Of a stretch of DNA of 64,000 nucleotides, positions 58,489 through 64,000 are shown piece by piece (the stretch's first letter is position 1; each line of letters opens with the position of its first letter). The notes beneath the pieces are model-generated. The model had not been told where the DNA came from. It made no database searches and saw only the letters and a program-made list of their open reading frames with translations. Position numbers and translations under genes: made by a program. Location: NCBI GenBank assembly GCA_902612825.1, contig CACMET010000003.1:50536-114535 (forward strand), given 5' to 3'. The DNA is from an uncultured Alphaproteobacteria bacterium. GTDB lineage: Bacteria > Pseudomonadota > Alphaproteobacteria > HIMB59 > GCA-002718135.

Positions 58489-58541
58489 GCGTTCCTTCAA
58501 CTTTCGTTTACTTCCGTTTTGAATTATTCAAAATGAACGAT
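58489..58541 (-). promoter_or_regulatory. Glutamine riboswitch aptamer (glnA RNA motif), distal copy
   Basis: Minus strand UCGUUCA-UUUUGAAUAAUUCAAAA-CGGAAGUA-AACGAAAGUU-GAAGGAACGC. The conserved blocks are the same, and the hairpin sequences differ but keep their pairing. Confidence 0.75.
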
Positions 58542-58643
58542 GAAATTTTAATAATAAAATTTATTTATTTTTAAAAATGAATTTCATACTTATTTGATAT
58601 GCATTTTTTGCATATACAAAATAATATTGAATTACTTATGGTT

Positions 58644-59351
58644 TTAATAGTCTTTTATCGATCTAAGAAAACAAATATAAATAAAATAACCCGTACAAAT
58701 TAACCATATTAAAAGAACAATTGTATCATTTATAATTAAGTTTATTTCTGATTTTGTTACTAATCGCAGTGTTGTTGCTGCCCAAACAACAGTAAAAAAA
58801 ATTGTTAAATTTCTAAATGATTTTACTCTTAGTGGATGAACAAACTTCCATGGAACGAATGTCAATACTGATAGAACAATTATCACAATTAGGTTTATCC
58901 ATTCATTCGTATTTAATATAAAGAAATATAAAACCACAACATTCCAGACTGCAGGAAAACCTTGGAAATAATAATCTTCCGTTTTCATATTGACGTTGAT
59001 AAAAGTGTACAAAGAAACACCAAATATAAGAGCAGGCATAATCATTTCAAAACCTGATGGTACCATTTGAAACCAGTAAATCATTAAAGCTGGGTTGATA
59101 ACATAATTTAGATAATCAATAATGGAGTCTAAAATGATTCCATCTAGGTTTGGCGCTTTTTCCTCAACACCAACTTTCCTGGCTAAAGTTCCATCAACAC
59201 CATCTACAAGTAAGGCCATACCAAGCCACAAAAAACTGCCAACTTGATCATTATTTAATATTGATATTAGGGCAAGAAAACCAAGTATAGCTCCAGAACC
59301 AGTGAAAGCATGAACCCCCCATGCGGATATTTGATCTTTATCAACTTTCAT
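58644..59351 (-). CDS. pcs: Phosphatidylcholine synthase (CDP-alcohol phosphatidyltransferase family)
   Basis: LLVDGVDGTLARK ... DSIIDY, MKTEDYYFQGFPAVWN and FVHPLRVK match rhizobial Pcs as I recall it. Confidence 0.8.
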   Translation of the reverse strand: MKVDKDQISAWGVHAFTGSGAILGFLALISILNNDQVGSFLWLGMALLVDGVDGTLARKVGVEEKAPNLDGIILDSIIDYLNYVINPALMIYWFQMVPSGFEMIMPALIFGVSLYTFINVNMKTEDYYFQGFPAVWNVVVLYFFILNTNEWINLIVIIVLSVLTFVPWKFVHPLRVKSFRNLTIFFTVVWAATTLRLVTKSEINLIINDTIVLLIWLICTGYFIYICFLRSIKDY

Positions 59352-59447
59352 AAATGAAGTTGGTCTTTATCATTAAAACAAAAGAAAATAAAATTTTTGA
59401 AAAAAAAAGTAGAAAAATTACGGTTTTAAAGGTTTTTAAAATTAGAC

Positions 59448-59825
59448 TTATAATAATTTTATAATGTCACTATCTCCTTCAGCAAAATTATAATTTTTAA
59501 ATTCATTTTTTGTAACCCAAGCCGAGTCCTCGTGTTCACACAAAATAATTTCACCATTAAAATGAGAGCATATAAAATAATGTAATTTTACATTTATTTT
59601 GTCATCTTGATAATTTTCTTCACCTAATTTACTATTAATATTTATTTCGATATTGAGTTCTTCTTTTATTTCTCTTTTAAGTGCAATTTCAAAAGTTTCC
59701 CCATTTTCCACTTTTCCACCTGGAAACTCCCAACTTAATCCCATATGTTTATTTCTATTTCTTTGCGCAATAAAATATTTACCATTTTTTATTATTATTG
59801 CTGCAACAACATCGAATTTATCCAT
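59448..59825 (-). CDS. mutT: NUDIX hydrolase, MutT-like
   Basis: Nudix box GGKVENGETFEIALKREIKEELNI; 125 aa. The ATG shares a base with the upstream TAA (TAATG). Confidence 0.75.
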   Translation of the reverse strand: MDKFDVVAAIIIKNGKYFIAQRNRNKHMGLSWEFPGGKVENGETFEIALKREIKEELNIEININSKLGEENYQDDKINVKLHYFICSHFNGEIILCEHEDSAWVTKNEFKNYNFAEGDSDIIKLL

Positions 59826-61306
59826 TAATTAGTATTATCACGAATAAACTGATTTGCTTTCTTTATTATATGATGTTTTCTCTCAGTATTCATCTTATCG
59901 TAGATATTAACCATCATATTTAAACGAGGATTAGATTGAAAAAATTTTCTATTTTTATTAATAAAACGCCAATACAATCCGTCCATAATATCATTCCAAT
60001 TACCTTTTTTAAAATTCATCATTTTCATAAAATAACTTGAACCACAAATATAAGGTTTAGTACTAAATATACCTCCATCACTAAACAATCCCATACCATA
60101 AACATTAGGTGACATTACCCAATCAGAGCTATCTACAAACATTTCCATAAACCAATTATAAACTTCATTAGGTTTAATTTCACATAAGTTCATAATGTTA
60201 CATAAAACCATTAGTCTCTCAATATGATGAGTGTACCCATATTTTTGAGCATTTTTAATTGAGTGATCTAAAGGATCTAATCCCGTTGTACCATCATACC
60301 ATTTTTTAGTAAGAGAATTTTTATGTTGAAAGAAATTATTTTCTTCTAATTTTTGATCATAATTTTGGTAAATTCCTCTAATGAATTCTCTCCATCCAAT
60401 AATTTGCCTAATATAACCTTCATAAGAATTAATTTTAATTTTATTTTCAACTTTTCTTACCCTCTCAATTATTAGATCTGGTGTCAATAAACCTAAATTA
60501 ATCATGGGGCTTAGAACACTATGAAATAAAAAGTTATTATTAGTATCAACTGCATCTTCGTAATCACCAAATAAATTAAATTTTTTAATAATAAAATAAT
60601 CTAACCATTTAACTGCATCATCATAAGTTGTAGGTAGCCAAAAATTATCAACTTGGCCTGGGTGATTTTTAAAAATTGTGTTTATTTGTTGTTTTAAAGC
60701 TTTTGTATGTTTTGTTTCTTTTGCAGTAATCATTTCTGGTATTTTAATATCTTTAGGGAGTTTTTTTCTGTTATCTTCATCAAAGCTCCATTTTCCACCT
60801 TTGGGCTTATTATTTTCCATCAAAATATCTATTTTTGCACGGGCAATTTTATAAAAATTTGCCATAAAAGGTTTTTTTGTTTTACTTAAATAATTTTTAA
60901 ATTCATCTCTTGAATTTAAAAACATGGGTGATTGTATAAAAGTTAATTTAATCTTATTTTTTTTACATAAGGTGCTTATTTTTTTTTCAAAAAATTTATC
61001 TTCAATTTCAAAAGAAATTAATTCTTTGAATTTATTTTTTTTTATAAAATTTTCTAATTTTTTTTCGTAGGAAATTTTAAAATCCTTTTTTAAATCAATA
61101 TAATTAACTTTAAATTTATTTTTTTTTAGTTCATCAGCATAAGATCTCATTGAGGACAGAAAAAGAATGAGTTTTAATTTATGATGTTTTTGAAAAGTAC
61201 AAAGATCAAAACTTTCACACATAAAAATAGTTGAGTCTTTATATTTTCTTAGGTGTTTATGAGGGAATAATTGATTTCCAAGAATTAAAAATACACTTTT
61301 CATCAA
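59825..61306 (-). CDS. Cryptochrome/photolyase family protein, DPRP / FeS-BCP ((6-4) photolyase-like) class
   Basis: 493 aa with N-terminal VFLILGNQLF, GWREFIRG, YTHHIERLMVLCN and PYICGSSY, typical of COG3046 proteins. Confidence 0.8.
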   Translation of the reverse strand: MMKSVFLILGNQLFPHKHLRKYKDSTIFMCESFDLCTFQKHHKLKLILFLSSMRSYADELKKNKFKVNYIDLKKDFKISYEKKLENFIKKNKFKELISFEIEDKFFEKKISTLCKKNKIKLTFIQSPMFLNSRDEFKNYLSKTKKPFMANFYKIARAKIDILMENNKPKGGKWSFDEDNRKKLPKDIKIPEMITAKETKHTKALKQQINTIFKNHPGQVDNFWLPTTYDDAVKWLDYFIIKKFNLFGDYEDAVDTNNNFLFHSVLSPMINLGLLTPDLIIERVRKVENKIKINSYEGYIRQIIGWREFIRGIYQNYDQKLEENNFFQHKNSLTKKWYDGTTGLDPLDHSIKNAQKYGYTHHIERLMVLCNIMNLCEIKPNEVYNWFMEMFVDSSDWVMSPNVYGMGLFSDGGIFSTKPYICGSSYFMKMMNFKKGNWNDIMDGLYWRFINKNRKFFQSNPRLNMMVNIYDKMNTERKHHIIKKANQFIRDNTN

Positions 61307-61399
61307 TATTTAAATAGTAAGTTATTACAAAATTTATATGATTTATTAAAATTAATTGCTTATTTTAGACAATTTTTAACTATAATAATTTATAATTTA

Positions 61400-61909
61400 A
61401 TGACCAAATTAGTAAAATTATTGGTAATTCCCCTGATAATTAGTTTTGCACTAATCTCTTGTAATACAACATCTCCAAATAAAGTAAAAAAATCTGATGC
61501 ACAAAAAGTAACTAATATTGAATATGGAACAATTAAAACCTCTCTTCCAGTAAAAATTGAAGGTGAAAGTGATTGGATTGGAGCAACTGCTGGAGCAATG
61601 ATAGGAGGTCTTTTAGCTTCTCAAATATGTGGAGAAGAAGAAATATTAGGAACTAAGTGTCAAGATATTGCTATAGTATATGGAACTATTGGAGGAGCCG
61701 CTATGGGCTCAGTAATTCAAGCTAAAATTGGCAATCATGATGGCTTCCAATATATAGTGAATATTGATGAATGTGGTAATAACACTTCTAATTGCCAAAA
61801 TGATCAAGAAAAGGCTTTTGTACAAGGAGATAATAATGCCCTTCCGAATGGGCAAAGAGTTGTAATTATTTATGGAGATGTAATAAGAGTTATGCCTTAT
61901 GAAGAATAA
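61400..61909 (+). CDS. Lipoprotein with glycine-zipper segments
   Basis: Lipobox ALISC; GATAGAMIGGLLA and GTIGGAAMGSV. Confidence 0.6.
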   Translation: MTKLVKLLVIPLIISFALISCNTTSPNKVKKSDAQKVTNIEYGTIKTSLPVKIEGESDWIGATAGAMIGGLLASQICGEEEILGTKCQDIAIVYGTIGGAAMGSVIQAKIGNHDGFQYIVNIDECGNNTSNCQNDQEKAFVQGDNNALPNGQRVVIIYGDVIRVMPYEE

Positions 61910-62756
61910 TTTAGTAAAATTGATTTTTAGTATTTTTTTATTATTACCATTTCATCTGAATGCAGAATTAATATTTGAAGATAATTTTCCAAAAGATATG
62001 CAAGGTATTTGGAGTGATGATTGCGACTCAGAATATCAAGTATTTATAATATCAAATAATACAAGTATGTGGATTGACGAGACATATGTTGGATTTAATG
62101 TTTCCAAAACATCAAAGGTACAAGATTGGTCAGCTTATAAATGGGGAGAATTAGATGGAAGTTATTATTATTTTTTAAAAAAAGATGGAGATAATTTACT
62201 TGAAGTTACTGCTCCTGATGGTTGGGATGGTATAGATTATTCTTTTTTAAATTCATCAGAGTATTCTGTTTATGAAAAATGTGAATCAATCCCTAGTGTC
62301 TTTCAAATTATTTATGGAGAAATTATTAACTTAATGAATTCTCAATTAATTGAAACATGTAATAATGATAGCAATCCCGCAAATTGTATTAATGAAACTT
62401 TTTCATTTTTAGATGTATCACAAGATGATGAATTATCTGTAGCAGAATTAACACGTGCAGCAAGAATAGCTATTTATTTTACCTTTATTGACAAAAGACA
62501 AGAAGAAGACAGAGAAATAGGATTTGCAACTTATACAACTACATCACTAATATTTCCTGCATTATCAAAAATATTAATTGGGAATTATGATTATGATAAT
62601 TCAAATACAATTTCTTTAAAAGAAATTTATACGGATCGTATTGATACATTAGACTATCAAAATTTATTTAAAGAAAATTTAAAAGGACTAGATCCAGAAG
62701 AAATAAGACGATTAATTGAAAACTTAGATTTCCTAAAATCATTAATGTTAAATTAA
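61899..62756 (+). CDS. Secreted protein with two EF-hand-like Ca-binding loops
   Basis: Signal peptide. DVSQDDELSVAE and DYDNSNTISLKE fit the 12-residue EF loop (positions 1, 3, 5, 12). It overlaps the lipoprotein gene by 11 nt. Confidence 0.55.
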   Translation: MKNNLVKLIFSIFLLLPFHLNAELIFEDNFPKDMQGIWSDDCDSEYQVFIISNNTSMWIDETYVGFNVSKTSKVQDWSAYKWGELDGSYYYFLKKDGDNLLEVTAPDGWDGIDYSFLNSSEYSVYEKCESIPSVFQIIYGEIINLMNSQLIETCNNDSNPANCINETFSFLDVSQDDELSVAELTRAARIAIYFTFIDKRQEEDREIGFATYTTTSLIFPALSKILIGNYDYDNSNTISLKEIYTDRIDTLDYQNLFKENLKGLDPEEIRRLIENLDFLKSLMLN

Positions 62757-62800
62757 TTTAGTATCTTGACTTTTAAGTATAATTTTAATTATAAATAGAT

Positions 62801-62884
62801 ATGAACAAAAGAAATTTATACGCAGCTATTGCGATAGTATTTATCTTTGCAGCTTTAAATTTAACTATATATTTTTTCTATTAA
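62801..62884 (+). CDS. Possible 27-aa single-TM peptide
   Basis: My translation is MNKRNLYAAIAIVFIFAALNLTIYFFY. It ends 3 nt before the next ATG. Very short and AT-rich, so this is speculative. Confidence 0.2.
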   Translation: MNKRNLYAAIAIVFIFAALNLTIYFFY

Positions 62885-62887
62885 ATT

Positions 62888-63091
62888 ATGGTTATCAGAA
62901 GAAAATCTAGTATTTATAAAAAATTATATGAAATTAATGGTCAGAAAATGATGTTCGGTCACGATAATATACATTTTAAAACAATTAACTTACCAGCAAA
63001 ACAGAGATACAAAAATCTATGCAGTAAATTTGGTTTAAAAAAAATTAAATCTTCAGGCAAAAAAAATTTTCAAATAATTAATATTAATTAA
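62888..63091 (+). CDS. Small basic protein, unknown function
   Basis: 67-aa Lys/Arg-rich ORF; no family. Confidence 0.35.
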   Translation: MVIRRKSSIYKKLYEINGQKMMFGHDNIHFKTINLPAKQRYKNLCSKFGLKKIKSSGKKNFQIININ

Positions 63092-63092
63092 T

Positions 63093-64000
63093 GTGAAAAA
63101 TATTGCAATAATTGGAGCTGGGATGACTGGTTTGTCTCTTGCTTATAATCTTCAAGAACATAATATTACAATTTTTGATAAATCATGGAGACCAGGAGGA
63201 AGAGTTTCTACTAGAAAGCATGATAATTATCTTTTTGATCATGGTGCACATTATCTATCGACAAATCATTCTGTAGCTCAATTAAATGAAGTAATAAGTA
63301 AATATAATTTGGGGCAAGTAATAGAAATAGATTTTGCAACAGATTATTTAAAAAATAAAAAGATCAGAAAAAAAATTATTATTGGTCAAAATGGAATGAA
63401 TTCTATTCCAAAGTCTATTTTTGATAATATTAAAGTAAAAAGTTATTTAAATTCAAAAATAATTAAAATTTCAAAAAATAGTAATGATCTCTTCTCGCTA
63501 TTTTCTGAAAAGGAAGAATTTAAAGATTTTGATTATATTTTAATTTGTATACCTTATTTACAATCAAAAGAACTTTTAAAAGATTTGATTGATTTTACTC
63601 AGATTGTTAGCGAACCATCTTATGACCCAATACATTCTATAATGTTAAGCTATAAAGATAATAACAACATTAAAGTTAAAGCTGGATTAAATCTTCATAA
63701 AGATATTAGTTTCTTTATGAATCAAAATATAAAATTTAATGAATTATCCCATGATTGTTGGGTATTAAATATGAGTTCTGAATATACAAAAAATAATATT
63801 GATATAGACAAGACTGAACTAGAAAAATATGCTCAATCAATATTTGAAGAAACATTTGATATAAAGAATAATGTTAGTTTTATTAAATCACACAGGTGGT
63901 TATATGCGCAAACAAAATTGAGTTATAATACTATATCAAAAAAAAATTGGATTAATTCTAAGGATAATAAAATATTTTTAAGTGGAGACTGGGTTCAAGG
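63093..64000 (+). CDS. Partial CDS (runs off the window end): NAD/FAD-dependent oxidoreductase, COG3380/renalase-like
   Basis: GTG start 1 nt after the upstream stop. My translation VKNIAIIGAGMTGLSLAYNL...FDKSWRPGGRVSTR...SHRWLYAQ...LSGDW stays open to position 64000. Confidence 0.7.
   Translation, partial: MKNIAIIGAGMTGLSLAYNLQEHNITIFDKSWRPGGRVSTRKHDNYLFDHGAHYLSTNHSVAQLNEVISKYNLGQVIEIDFATDYLKNKKIRKKIIIGQNGMNSIPKSIFDNIKVKSYLNSKIIKISKNSNDLFSLFSEKEEFKDFDYILICIPYLQSKELLKDLIDFTQIVSEPSYDPIHSIMLSYKDNNNIKVKAGLNLHKDISFFMNQNIKFNELSHDCWVLNMSSEYTKNNIDIDKTELEKYAQSIFEETFDIKNNVSFIKSHRWLYAQTKLSYNTISKKNWINSKDNKIFLSGDWVQ

Overview
Very AT-rich (about 30% GC by eye, not computed), gene-dense chromosomal window from a streamlined marine alphaproteobacterium of the SAR11/Pelagibacterales type. 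The 227-aa ion channel at 35202..35885 has the filter T178-L-S-S-W-E183. As I recall, that is exactly the filter and numbering of NavRh from strain HIMB114 (SAR11 subclade IIIa), so the window is probably from that strain or a close relative; this needs alignment to confirm. About 80 CDS and one tRNA-Arg(CCU) are present; there is no rRNA, CRISPR array, IS element or transposase. Content from left to right: an ABC-2 exporter operon with an inverted-topology (NewPHL-type) photolyase; a dmdA-like gene with two tandem DMT transporters; a glycan locus (GH127, sugar ABC importer, GH2, DHDPS-family enzyme); a cyclic-nucleotide and ion-channel cluster (two class III cyclases, an MscS-CNBD channel, a Kv channel); a tyrosine integrase with a 2 x 26 bp tandem repeat at its 3' end; an accessory-looking stretch (CobB sirtuin, small alpha+beta proteins, AlkB-like hydroxylase, NavRh-type channel, bactofilin); a complete ureDABCEFG operon; a second sugar ABC locus with a GT61-like gene, FGGY kinase, aldo-keto reductase, PQQ-type dehydrogenase, GH32/68-like protein and SDR; the conserved ATP-grasp / alpha-E / transglutaminase triad; then pcs, mutT and an FeS-BCP-type photolyase. 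The strongest finding is a tandem pair of glutamine-riboswitch (glnA-motif) aptamers, with compensatory base changes between the two copies, in the leader of the ATP-grasp/alpha-E/transglutaminase operon. This gives that uncharacterised system a candidate ligand and a link to nitrogen status. All functional calls rest on motif recognition by eye; no searches were run.
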